In this document: positions 40,802 to 50,732 of the stretch, piece after piece
How positions within the stretch are numbered: the stretch's first letter is position 1
Layout of the letters: every line of letters begins with the position of its first letter
Source: Bacteroidota bacterium
GTDB lineage: Bacteria; Bacteroidota; Bacteroidia; AKYH767-A; 2013-40CM-41-45
Direction of reading: 5' to 3'
DNA: 64,000 bases
Assembly (NCBI GenBank): GCA_039806065.1
Contig: JBDKJS010000083.1
Location: 4,010 to 68,009 of the forward strand
Made by a program: the position numbers and the translations under genes
Notes under the pieces: model-generated
The model's input: only the letters and a program-made list of their open reading frames with translations
What the model was told of the DNA's origin: nothing
Databases searched by the model: none

Positions 40802-41977
40802 ATGAATTATAATTTTTTTAGGGCTATTCTAATGGTGAGTATATTTTTATTACTCATTTTATTTCCTTTGCTCAATGACACTTTTCACTTAATTAAAGAT
40901 TTTGAAAATACTGAGAATCGTAAGGTTGCTTCACTTCCGGCATTCAATATTGAATTATTAGATCCTTATCCAATTGAATTTAACAATTTCTATACTGATA
41001 ATTTCACTATAAGACATAGGCTGATTAAATATTACAATCATTTAAATTTAAAATACTATAAAAAATCGCCACTGCCCAATCAAGTATTAATTGGGAAAAA
41101 TAGTTGGTTGTATTTGGTAGGGAATGAAGTTAATTGCTTTAGAGGCAAACAGCCCTTTACTGAGGCGGAGTTAAAAACGCTTAAATCAGAGTTTGAATAT
41201 CGCCAGCAATATTTAGCCACTTTAAACTGTAAATTTTATTTATTAATTGCTCCTGTAAAGGCCAGTATTTATCCTGAAAATTTACCATTAGGTATGATTC
41301 GTTTAATGGGGCTATCATGGGGAGAGCAATTGAATAACTACTTAAGTAAAAATAGCACGGTAAAAACAATTGATTTATTTACTGCGCTTAGATCTAATAA
41401 ATCTGATGGGTTAAATTATTACATGTTAGATAACCATTGGAATCAAAAGGGGGGAATGATAGCTGCCCAAGAGGCGCTTCGCATGGTAAAGAAAGATTTG
41501 TTACCATTGGATACTATCAACCTAGCCGATTATGAATTAAAGGATTCCATGGTGAATAGTGGCAACTTGGCCATGATGCTTTCAAACACAAAGATATTTA
41601 ATGATAGCGTGTTTTATTACCATCCCGTTCATGGTTATCAATCGGTAGAAAAAGAAAAAGTGGGTTATCCTCCTGTGGATCAATTTGCCTATGCATCAGA
41701 ATATGAATATGTGCGTGAAACAAAGGGGGATAAAAAATTAAAGCTCTTAATGATTTCAGATTCTTTTGGTGCCAATATTTTCACCTTCCTTTCTGAGAGT
41801 TTTGGGCGGAGTGTAAAAATTTTTGATGCCTGGCAGTACAAGTTGAATGAAAACATTGTGGCAGCAGAAAAACCTGATGTAGTCATGGTGGTTGCTTTAG
41901 AATCGAACATAAAGAACTTGCTTCGTTATTTATCCAATAAAAATGTTGGTGATAGCATACAAGTGAATGCAAACTAA
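40802..41977 (+). CDS. DHHW-motif (AlgJ/AlgX-like, SGNH-fold) O-acyltransferase partner protein
   Basis: N-terminal TM anchor. LDNHWNQKG matches the D-x-H-W motif of AlgJ-family proteins. 3-nt gap to the MBOAT gene. Confidence 0.7.
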   Translation: MNYNFFRAILMVSIFLLLILFPLLNDTFHLIKDFENTENRKVASLPAFNIELLDPYPIEFNNFYTDNFTIRHRLIKYYNHLNLKYYKKSPLPNQVLIGKNSWLYLVGNEVNCFRGKQPFTEAELKTLKSEFEYRQQYLATLNCKFYLLIAPVKASIYPENLPLGMIRLMGLSWGEQLNNYLSKNSTVKTIDLFTALRSNKSDGLNYYMLDNHWNQKGGMIAAQEALRMVKKDLLPLDTINLADYELKDSMVNSGNLAMMLSNTKIFNDSVFYYHPVHGYQSVEKEKVGYPPVDQFAYASEYEYVRETKGDKKLKLLMISDSFGANIFTFLSESFGRSVKIFDAWQYKLNENIVAAEKPDVVMVVALESNIKNLLRYLSNKNVGDSIQVNAN

Positions 41978-42124
41978 CGGTGATGTAATATTTTAAGCCA
42001 TGTTGAACGGTGCTTTGACTGTGCTACTAGCCCCGATAGTAGCGGACTGCCCTTCAGCTAGCTGAAGGCAGGGAGCGAATAGCGGGAATGGTAGGTTGAA
42101 GAGGTGCGTTAGGGTGCTGCTCCA

Positions 42125-42153
42125 ACAAAAAAGCCGCTATGGTGTGTAGCGAC
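42125..42153 (-). terminator. Rho-independent terminator of the acyl-CoA dehydrogenase gene
   Basis: Minus-strand hairpin GUCGCUA-cacacca-UAGCGGC followed by U6, about 34 nt after the stop. Confidence 0.6.
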
Positions 42154-42186
42154 TTAATAATTGTATTATAATTTAATATTTATACT

Positions 42187-43326
42187 TTATGATAGTATTT
42201 GCCGGGCTATCACTATTTTTTGTACTTCGCTGGTGCCTTCATAGATCTGAGTGATTTTTGCATCGCGCATAAGTCGTTCAACATGAAATTCTTTTACATA
42301 GCCATAGCCTCCATGAATTTGAACGGCTTCTACAGTATGTTTCATGGCAATGGTGCTTGCGTATAGTTTGGCTTGTGCTGCTGCAGTGGTATAGTCAAGG
42401 TGATTGTCTTTCAACCAAGCTGCTTTAAGGCAAAGGAGGCGAGCTGCTTCAATATCAGTGGCCATGTCGGCTAATTTAAATTGAATGGCTTGATGTTGTG
42501 AAATGGTTTTGCCGAATGCTTTTCTTTCTTTGCTATAGGCAAGGGCTAATTCATAAGCCCCGCTGGCAATGCCAAGTGCTTGGGATGCAATGCCTATGCG
42601 ACCACCGGTAAGTGTTTTCATGGCAAATTTAAAACCGAAGCCGTCATCGCCTATTCTATTTGCTTTTGGTACTTTGACATCGGTAAACATGAGTGAATGG
42701 GTATCACTTCCTCTGATTCCCAATTTATTTTCTTTAGGTCCTACAGTAAATCCTGGCATGCCTTTTTCAACAATAAGGCAGTTGATCCCCTTATGGCCTT
42801 TGGCTACATCGGTTTGGGCCATTACAAGGTAATATTGGGCGCTACTTCCGTTGGTAATCCAATTTTTAGTTCCATTGAGTATGTAGTGATCACCCGCATC
42901 AATGGCGGTGGTAGCTTGCGAGGTAGCATCGCTGCCGGCTTCAGGTTCACTAAGGCAAAAGGCGCCTATCACTTTACCAGTGGCCATTGGGGTGAGGTAT
43001 TTTTGCTTTTGTTCTTCGGTTCCAAAGGTTTCGAGGCCCCAGCACACAAGTGAGTTGTTTACACTCATTATTACGGAGCAGCTTGCATCCACTTTGCTAA
43101 GTTCTTCCATAGCCAATACATAGCTTATGGTGTCCATCCCGCCTCCGCCATATTTAGGGCTCACCATCATACCAAGAAAGCCAAGCTCTCCCATTCGTTT
43201 TACTTGATCGGTCGGAAACTTTTGATGTTCATCGCGCTCAATAACACCTGGCTTCAATTCGTTTTGAGCAAAATCGCGAGCGGCTTGTTGAATCATTAAA
43301 TGTTCTTCAGAAAGTTGAAATAGCAT
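42187..43326 (-). CDS. Acyl-CoA dehydrogenase (short/branched-chain type)
   Basis: Full-length acyl-CoA dehydrogenase architecture. Catalytic-base region YEGTSEVQ near the C-terminus. Confidence 0.9.
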   Translation of the reverse strand: MLFQLSEEHLMIQQAARDFAQNELKPGVIERDEHQKFPTDQVKRMGELGFLGMMVSPKYGGGGMDTISYVLAMEELSKVDASCSVIMSVNNSLVCWGLETFGTEEQKQKYLTPMATGKVIGAFCLSEPEAGSDATSQATTAIDAGDHYILNGTKNWITNGSSAQYYLVMAQTDVAKGHKGINCLIVEKGMPGFTVGPKENKLGIRGSDTHSLMFTDVKVPKANRIGDDGFGFKFAMKTLTGGRIGIASQALGIASGAYELALAYSKERKAFGKTISQHQAIQFKLADMATDIEAARLLCLKAAWLKDNHLDYTTAAAQAKLYASTIAMKHTVEAVQIHGGYGYVKEFHVERLMRDAKITQIYEGTSEVQKIVIARQILS

Positions 43327-43467
43327 AAAAATATTTTGTTGAATGAATAGTATTAATTGATAAGTAATCGGCTCAACATGGAGAGCTATTACTTATGTAC
43401 AAACATAAAATATTTTTGGTGATTATGCAGCTACTACTGATGAATTTAACTACTTAAAACTGATGTA

Positions 43468-44379
43468 TTAAAATGCAAAGCCAGCATTAATTCCGGCCAC
43501 TGTACTTCGTGTGAGGCCATCAGGCCTTGCTTGCCTTACAGTCAATGGCGCAGCGATGAAGGCTTGAAGCCGGATTTTGTTTGAGGGCTGAAAGCCCAAT
43601 TGGATATTGGCATTGAGGGTGAGGCCTTTGCTACCATTTATTGTTTCTCGGTTTTTATCTAAGTTAAGATAAGTGTCATTGGCAATGTGGTAAATGGGCA
43701 ACAGTGAAGGTGTGATGCTCCATTTTGTAGTTAGTGATTGGCGCCATGCCATTCGGAGAAGTAAGTCTGCTGCTCGGTTAAATTGATTGGTACTGTTAAA
43801 CGCCACTATTTGGTTAAATTGAATTTGATTGATGGCAAGGTAGGAGTTTTTATTTTGTGTGAGTGGCTGCTGAAAGCCTAATGTTAATTCCAAATTACGA
43901 TAATTGTATATATAGCTTAATAATAAATCAAATGTTCCTAATGAAGACTGGTAATCCATTGGTAAGGGGGCATTCTGCCTGGTTCTATTTGCATTGTTAG
44001 CGGGGACTTTAATCCCTAAAATAAATTGATGCCGCTGGGAGGTGCGGTATTGGTAATTAAAAATAAGATCTGATAGGCCTGAAAGGGAAATATTGTTCCC
44101 GGTTTGATTAATGGCGCTAACCTTAGTAGCTATGGTATGGTATTGATTAATTTTATAGGCGTATTCCAGATGAATGGTTGTGGCAGTAATATTATTATCA
44201 GCCTGGCCAATAACAGCGCCTATACTAAGCAGGTGGGCATGCTGCACAGTGTCTTCATGATGTGATTGGGTGCCGGGCATGGTACAAAGGCCAGCATCGC
44301 TGCAGCCTTGTGCCTTTGCAGTATGGAATGCGAGCAGGCTAAGGCAAGTAAAACATGTGATTAGGGTAAGTAATTTCAT
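43468..44379 (-). CDS. Putative outer-membrane beta-barrel protein with Cys/His-rich N-terminal segment
   Basis: Signal peptide. Mature N-terminus QGCSDAGLCTMPGTQSHHEDTVQHAH. Alternating amphipathic strands. C-terminal aromatic residue (..GFAF). Confidence 0.5.
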   Translation of the reverse strand: MKLLTLITCFTCLSLLAFHTAKAQGCSDAGLCTMPGTQSHHEDTVQHAHLLSIGAVIGQADNNITATTIHLEYAYKINQYHTIATKVSAINQTGNNISLSGLSDLIFNYQYRTSQRHQFILGIKVPANNANRTRQNAPLPMDYQSSLGTFDLLLSYIYNYRNLELTLGFQQPLTQNKNSYLAINQIQFNQIVAFNSTNQFNRAADLLLRMAWRQSLTTKWSITPSLLPIYHIANDTYLNLDKNRETINGSKGLTLNANIQLGFQPSNKIRLQAFIAAPLTVRQARPDGLTRSTVAGINAGFAF

Positions 44380-44383
44380 AGAG

Positions 44384-44419
44384 ATAAAAAAAGAGCAGCT
44401 TGTATTAGCTGCTCTTTTA
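44384..44419 (-). terminator. Rho-independent terminator after the lysyl-oxidase-like gene
   Basis: Perfect 12-bp stem AAAAGAGCAGCT/AGCTGCTCTTTT with a 6-nt loop, followed on the minus strand by T7. Confidence 0.65.
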
Positions 44420-44435
44420 ACGTAATTATTAGAAA

Positions 44436-46781
44436 TTAATTTTTAGCGAATTTAGCTGTGCCTATTTTATTTCCATCATTCAAGAGGATGTAATAAATTC
44501 CTTGTGAAAGATTGCTAACATCAGCAGTGTACCAATTATTAGCACCAGGAACTATGGCTACACTAATGGCGCGGCCTGCTGCATCATACACATTTAGGCT
44601 TGTGAGCTTTTTATCAAGATTGCCAAGATTAATTTTAATCTGATCTTTAGCCGGATTAGGCTGAATGGCTATGGTTATTTGTTTTACATAATTAGGCAAT
44701 GCAGTGGGTACAACATTTAGGCAGCCTCCGGTTACTTGATGTAAGGTTTGCTCGCTATTGTGATTGATGACATCAGTAATACTGCTAATACAAACGGTGC
44801 TATCTATGATTGCATTGTAGTAAACGCGAACCAGCGGTTGCATATTAGGCGATCTATTAAGTGCACTATCGGGTATTGAAAGACCAAATATTTGATTGGT
44901 TCCATTGATATTAAAAGTACTAACTGGATAATCATTAACATCAGCAAGGCTAACTACTCCAGAAATGGTGATCCCACTCATGGTAAATTGGTATGCTTTA
45001 ATATCGGCAGAAGGGGAAGTAATACCAATATCAACATAACCAGCACTTGTATTTATTCCCATGATGCTCAGGCTCACGGTATCGTATGGGTTGGTGATGT
45101 TGCGAGGGAAATTGCAATAGTTAGCAATGACTACCCCAGGGAAATTGGTGTGATTTTGGGCGCGGCACCAGTTAGCTAGCTGTGCGTCATAAACAGTGAG
45201 CGATCCATCGCCATTTAAATCATTGCAAGATGCAGGGGTAGTAGCATTGGCTTCAATTAAACTACCGTAAGTTGCTACATCCGTTTCATCAAGAGATTGG
45301 TCTACATACACATCGCCATATTTAGCAGCGCCATTACATACGCCATTACAATCTACTTGAGCTAGGCCGCCCGGAATTCCCGCACAATCCACGTAAGGAG
45401 TACAACCCGGAAGGAAGGAGAAACTAGGAACGCCATTAGCATTTCTTAAAATTCTGATACAAATCTGGAGGGCATTATTGGCAAAGTTCATTTCCATTCT
45501 ACCGAGAGCATCAGGCAGATTATATTGGTTTACTGCAACTGCCATTCTATAATCACCATCGGGGACATCCGTTACATCAAGCCACTGACATTGTGTGCCG
45601 GCACCATACACATCGTAACAACCTGAAGAGATTCCCATGTTTCCACAAGTATATTGCCCGCTACCACAAAGATCCATCACGCAAAAACCATTTTTATGAC
45701 CGGCTGGAATTAAATTTCCATCCATATCGTATAATCTATAATCACCATAGCCTGAGTAGTGGGTGTGATTGTGGCAATTCACCGTATTAAACATTCCGGG
45801 ATTTGCATTAGGATTTCCGATATAATAATCTTGGGTGCCTACATTATCAATTTTAGAAGAGAATCGCAATACATAGCGTTGCCCATATCCTGTAACACAG
45901 CCTTCATTTACATCGCAGCCACTAGTGGTGTGTGTAGTTATGCTCATACTTTGTACCAAAGCCAGTGAATCAAATTTTAAGTCTGGACCACTGCAAATAG
46001 GGTTTGGTGGATAGGCGCAGCTACCATCATCTATTACAGCAAGCGGATTGTAGTTACATGCGGTTACGTCCATACAACCTTGAATGGGCCCTGTATAGGA
46101 TAAATTAAAGTTGATGGCCCCAGCGCAATCATTGTTAAAATCGCCAATACGAATATAGTAAGTGGTGCCAGCAGCGAGGGCTACATTTAACACTGCTTGT
46201 GTGCCACAGGCGCCATCATCATTGAAAGCATAAGTACCTGGAGGACCATCTACATAAGGGGGGGGAGGACAGTTGGAATAAACATAAACTGAAGTATTGC
46301 AAGAGTTGGTGCCACAAGTAGAAATATTAAAGTTACCGGTAGTATCAGCAGTAAAAACATACCAAGTTTCATCTAGGTTAGTAGTGGAGCTGCCATAGTT
46401 TAATGGGATTGGGTTGGTACAATAAGTTCCTGCTGGACAATTCAGCGGCACAGTCATACTGGCTCCAAAAGCATTTCCCGAACCAATTACAGCGCCATCA
46501 AGATAAACCCAAAAACCACCCGGGGCATATATGCCATCGCCAAACTGATCATAGATAGTAAATGTTACACAGTCATTTTCTGGAATACAAATAGTATCAC
46601 CAATTTCATTCCCATTGGCAATTACAGTACCATTAAAATCATTTAGTGACCATGTGGTTTCATAGGCCCAAGCATCAGGTACTATTTGAATAATAACCTC
46701 TTTTGTACCGGCACCACACTGCGCCTGCAGTTGTACAAAAGCCATGCATAAGCAGCAAAATAAAAATAGATGTTTTTTCAT
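44436..46781 (-). CDS. Secreted Cys-rich lysyl oxidase (LOX/LTQ copper amine oxidase) domain protein with dockerin-like Ca-binding loop and T9SS C-terminal sorting domain
   Basis: Signal peptide. LOX catalytic-domain motifs RYVLRFSSKIDNVGTQDY, CHNHTHY (His-x-His-x-His copper site), GHKNGFCVMD (LTQ lysine) and GCYDVYGAGTQCQWLDVTDV. DLNGDGSLTVYD EF-hand/dockerin-like loop. C-terminal Por secretion tail. Confidence 0.8.
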   Translation of the reverse strand: MKKHLFLFCCLCMAFVQLQAQCGAGTKEVIIQIVPDAWAYETTWSLNDFNGTVIANGNEIGDTICIPENDCVTFTIYDQFGDGIYAPGGFWVYLDGAVIGSGNAFGASMTVPLNCPAGTYCTNPIPLNYGSSTTNLDETWYVFTADTTGNFNISTCGTNSCNTSVYVYSNCPPPPYVDGPPGTYAFNDDGACGTQAVLNVALAAGTTYYIRIGDFNNDCAGAINFNLSYTGPIQGCMDVTACNYNPLAVIDDGSCAYPPNPICSGPDLKFDSLALVQSMSITTHTTSGCDVNEGCVTGYGQRYVLRFSSKIDNVGTQDYYIGNPNANPGMFNTVNCHNHTHYSGYGDYRLYDMDGNLIPAGHKNGFCVMDLCGSGQYTCGNMGISSGCYDVYGAGTQCQWLDVTDVPDGDYRMAVAVNQYNLPDALGRMEMNFANNALQICIRILRNANGVPSFSFLPGCTPYVDCAGIPGGLAQVDCNGVCNGAAKYGDVYVDQSLDETDVATYGSLIEANATTPASCNDLNGDGSLTVYDAQLANWCRAQNHTNFPGVVIANYCNFPRNITNPYDTVSLSIMGINTSAGYVDIGITSPSADIKAYQFTMSGITISGVVSLADVNDYPVSTFNINGTNQIFGLSIPDSALNRSPNMQPLVRVYYNAIIDSTVCISSITDVINHNSEQTLHQVTGGCLNVVPTALPNYVKQITIAIQPNPAKDQIKINLGNLDKKLTSLNVYDAAGRAISVAIVPGANNWYTADVSNLSQGIYYILLNDGNKIGTAKFAKN

Positions 46782-46990
46782 TGATAGATTAGATTAACAA
46801 TTCTTAGATAAAAAGCTGAAGGCAAATGCCATCAATTCACAATCGATAAAACTACACAAAGTTTTGAACCTGAGCAATAATTTCACTAAAAGATTAGAAT
46901 ATTTCAGTAAAAAAATAGTTTTAAACATCGCTAACTCGATCTCTTTGCCACCGTTCAAAGGCATTTAAAGTATTACTTAGTCATATAAAC

Positions 46991-49495
46991 TTGAAATTAC
47001 TGTTTAAAGTATTAAAATGGACATCACTTGCTTTTGGGGTAGGCATTGTACTGCTAATATTGGCTAGTTGGTTGTTTGAATCGAGCATTAATAAATTAGT
47101 GATTAACCAGGTGAATAAAACATTAGCTGTACCCATAGCAGTGGATCAGGTATCGCTATCGCTATGGCGCCATTTCCCTTATGCTGCTGTGCAACTAACA
47201 GATGTGAGCATGGAAGGGACTCTAGGCCAAAAGGATAAGCCGTTATTGAAGGCGGGCAGCGTGTCATTGCTTTTTGACCTTAGTGCACTTTGGAATAATT
47301 CGATAAATTTTAAAAAAATTATTTTGAGGGATGGGATGGTGAATATTTGCTTTGATCAACAAGGGAAGGACAACTATCACTTTTGGAAAACAGATACTAC
47401 GGCCAATAGCAGTACTAACTTATCGCTTCAGGAAGTGATATTAGAACAAATGCAAATTGGCTATGACCACCCCAAGCTTGTTCAATCGGTTTTGGTTTTC
47501 ACTGATAGACTAAAGCTCAAAGGGAGTTTGGCGAATGAGGTTTTTAACATGGAGGCAGTTGGGGCATTGGTAGTAAAAAAGTTAAACGTAGCATCCCAAC
47601 ATTTTTTGAAGGAGCAGCAATTAGAGATAGAACTGAACATAAAAAATGATAATCAAAAGCATGTTTTTGAGTTTAAAAAATCAGTTGTCAGTATCAAAGA
47701 TTTATCCTTAATACTTAGTGGAAAGATAAAGTATGAACCGGTGATTAGTTATGAGTTAGCAATAAATAGTGCCGAAGCATCGCTTGGAGCATTATTAGCA
47801 TTACTTCCCGGGGTTGATGTTTCTTTCTTGCAAAAAATAAATGCTACAGGTCAAATTAAATCCAACAGCACCATTACCAGTAACCATCAGAGTCAAGGCC
47901 TCCTGATAAACACCCTATTTGAGGTTAGTGATGGAGCCATAGCGCCACCAGAAAGTAAGGAGTCCTTAACTGCAATTAATGGAAGCGGAAAATTTATTTG
48001 GAATATTGAAACTGGAGGATCATTGCATATAAACAAGCTAAAGGCACAAGCAGGATCAAATCCACTGGAGGCATCTTTGAGTATCCAAAATTTTAAAAAT
48101 CCCATTTTAAAACTTTATTTACGAACGGCTATAGAACTATCACTACTCAAACCTTGGCTTCGCAATCAAAGCATCAGCGATCTTTCAGGAAAACTCATAG
48201 CCGATATTAATTACAATGGCCCAATAGCCAATATTAAGCAACAGCTAGCCGACCATAGTTACACCAACCATGCATCAGGGACCATCCAACTAAGGGATGT
48301 TTCTATTTCCATTGCAAATAACCATTTGGCGTACAATAGAATCAACGGGCACTTTAAGCTTAACAACCACAATCTAGAAATAGTGCAGTTAAGTGGATAT
48401 GCTGGCAGTACGGATGTGATGATTACTGGTGAAATGAAAAATTTTTTAGCTTATTTGCTATTGCCCAATCAGCACATTGAATGTGATGGGAGTATCAATA
48501 GCCAACACCTGTTTTTGGATGAGTGGTTAACTAATTATGGGGCCAGTTCCAATAACGAAACTGCCTATAAATTAAAAATTAGTGATAGAATAAAAGCCAA
48601 CCTAGCCATCAGCATAGGTAAGCTTACCTTTAGAAAATTTGAAGCTGCACGCATCAGCGGTCAACTTTCTCTTACCAACCAAATAATCAGAGGGCAACAA
48701 TTAAAATTTGCGGCCATGCAGGGTTTAATTGGTATGGATGCAGTAATAAGTGCAGAAAGCGAAGATGATATTATAACAAAATGCGATGCTGCCATCACTA
48801 ATTTAGACATAACCCAATTATTTTACCAATTAGAAAATTTTGATCAACAAACACTCACAGATAAAAATTTAAAAGGAAAGGTTGATGCTGCTGTTAGTTT
48901 TAGCAGCCATTGGACACCAGCACTTGACAATATGCCTGCAAGTACCCAAGCAGGGATATCACTCACCATTCGAAATGGTGAGCTAAATAATTTTGCTCCA
49001 ATACAAGCTATGAGCAAGTACTTAAAATTAGCTGACTTAAAAAACATCAGGTTCAACACCTTGAAAAATAATATATCAATAAGCAATAGAAAAGTATACA
49101 TTCCGCAAATGGAAATAGCCAGCAGTGCAATCAACATTACAGCTAGCGGGGTACATGATTTTGACAATAATGTAGATTATAGCATTAAATTATTACTTAG
49201 TGATGTGTTGGGGAAAAAAGCCAAATCTTCCATAACCGAATTTGGGGCCATTCAAGATGATGGACTAGGCAGATCTCAGTTATTTTTAAGCATGAAAGGC
49301 AAAGTGGATGATCCAAAGTTTAGCTACGATAGAAAAGCAGTAGCCGAAAAAATAAAAGTGGACGTGGCCAAAGATGCCACCAATATTAAGAATGCATTAA
49401 AAGAAGATTTTAATCTTTTGAAAGGGAAACAAAATAAAACAACCAACCCCCCATCAAAAAAGGAAGAGCTAGAATTAGACTTAGAAGAGGAGTAG
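46991..49495 (+). CDS. AsmA-family protein (N-terminal membrane anchor, large periplasmic beta-rich domain)
   Basis: N-terminal TM helix, about 830 aa, acidic C-terminal tail. TTG start. Confidence 0.5.
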   Translation: MKLLFKVLKWTSLAFGVGIVLLILASWLFESSINKLVINQVNKTLAVPIAVDQVSLSLWRHFPYAAVQLTDVSMEGTLGQKDKPLLKAGSVSLLFDLSALWNNSINFKKIILRDGMVNICFDQQGKDNYHFWKTDTTANSSTNLSLQEVILEQMQIGYDHPKLVQSVLVFTDRLKLKGSLANEVFNMEAVGALVVKKLNVASQHFLKEQQLEIELNIKNDNQKHVFEFKKSVVSIKDLSLILSGKIKYEPVISYELAINSAEASLGALLALLPGVDVSFLQKINATGQIKSNSTITSNHQSQGLLINTLFEVSDGAIAPPESKESLTAINGSGKFIWNIETGGSLHINKLKAQAGSNPLEASLSIQNFKNPILKLYLRTAIELSLLKPWLRNQSISDLSGKLIADINYNGPIANIKQQLADHSYTNHASGTIQLRDVSISIANNHLAYNRINGHFKLNNHNLEIVQLSGYAGSTDVMITGEMKNFLAYLLLPNQHIECDGSINSQHLFLDEWLTNYGASSNNETAYKLKISDRIKANLAISIGKLTFRKFEAARISGQLSLTNQIIRGQQLKFAAMQGLIGMDAVISAESEDDIITKCDAAITNLDITQLFYQLENFDQQTLTDKNLKGKVDAAVSFSSHWTPALDNMPASTQAGISLTIRNGELNNFAPIQAMSKYLKLADLKNIRFNTLKNNISISNRKVYIPQMEIASSAINITASGVHDFDNNVDYSIKLLLSDVLGKKAKSSITEFGAIQDDGLGRSQLFLSMKGKVDDPKFSYDRKAVAEKIKVDVAKDATNIKNALKEDFNLLKGKQNKTTNPPSKKEELELDLEEE

Positions 49496-49578
49496 CCTAC
49501 CAACAATATCAATCATTGAGGCTAACCAACTTAATGTTATACAATGAAACTGATTGGAAGATCGTTAAAAGGAATTAA

Positions 49579-50709
49579 TTGATAAAAAATAAAAATATAC
49601 TTTCATTATACTCCTTGATCATAAGCCACATGATGGCCATACACTGTTTGGCTTCCACCACTCAATCTTTGAGCCAAATAGAACATAAAGTTAATACCAA
49701 ACTTATCAATTTAAAATTTGATAGCATCACCATAAAAGTGAATGGTTCCTTTGCAGGTGACACTTTACTCAGCAGCACCTACACCCTACTACTGGATCAT
49801 GAACATATAAACTCAGATAGCGTTTACTATTTTAAATGCGGGGTCACCACAGCTGATGGATTGATCTATGCCGGGGATAGTATCAGTTTTTTTGACGATA
49901 GCAGTGCTTCCATTGTTAGTATTGACCAATCCCTTTCACAGTATGTTTATCTCAATCCTCCACTCCATTTCCTATATTTAAATCTCCAGGGAGCGAATGA
50001 TGCTCCATTTAAATTTTTTGGCAATGGCATTACAGTGGTGGATACGGTAGCAACTGATTGCAGGGTGCGGGTAAAGTATGGAAATGAAAAAGGACACTTA
50101 ATATATGAGTATAAAATAGGATTGGCGGATAGTGTAATGCACTACTACAGTACACGAACAGAAGTATCGGGCATGGGGGTTCAGCTTTATGAATGGGATT
50201 TTCAATATCATACATCAACTACAAAGCCAAACATCGATAGCTTACAATCCTTTTATAAAAAGCACTACACCCCGCCCCGTAGTAAAATAGAAGCCCCTAG
50301 GGCAAACGAATTAAGCATTGAACATATTAGGCAATTATTCAATCAATTAAATATTCAAATATCAGACTCCAATTCCTGGCATATGCTCGATTTTTATTAT
50401 GATACTTGCTTGCCATGCATCCAGTTAAAACAGGAGGTGGATAATCATCTAAGCCTTTTAACTGATACTATGAGTTTAAAAATATTCGCCATCAACATAG
50501 CCCCTACCAGTAAAAGTCGAAATAAAAAGTTTAATGAAAGAATAAAATTGGCATTTGACGATAATAGATTTTTACAGTCAACTAAGTTAATTTCTGGTTT
50601 TCCTCACCTCGTTGTGTTTCATCCTAAATTTGATTACATCATCTACCAACAATCTGGATTTGATAAAAATTTTATTACCCTACTCAAAAAGAAATTTTAT
50701 TACCAATAA
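49579..50709 (+). CDS. Hypothetical secreted protein with C-terminal thioredoxin-fold domain
   Basis: CLPC CxxC motif with downstream GFPHLVVF cis-Pro region. Alt start uncertain. Confidence 0.45.
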   Translation: MIKNKNILSLYSLIISHMMAIHCLASTTQSLSQIEHKVNTKLINLKFDSITIKVNGSFAGDTLLSSTYTLLLDHEHINSDSVYYFKCGVTTADGLIYAGDSISFFDDSSASIVSIDQSLSQYVYLNPPLHFLYLNLQGANDAPFKFFGNGITVVDTVATDCRVRVKYGNEKGHLIYEYKIGLADSVMHYYSTRTEVSGMGVQLYEWDFQYHTSTTKPNIDSLQSFYKKHYTPPRSKIEAPRANELSIEHIRQLFNQLNIQISDSNSWHMLDFYYDTCLPCIQLKQEVDNHLSLLTDTMSLKIFAINIAPTSKSRNKKFNERIKLAFDDNRFLQSTKLISGFPHLVVFHPKFDYIIYQQSGFDKNFITLLKKKFYYQ

Positions 50710-50732
50710 GTACAGTTGAAGCAGAGCAATAA

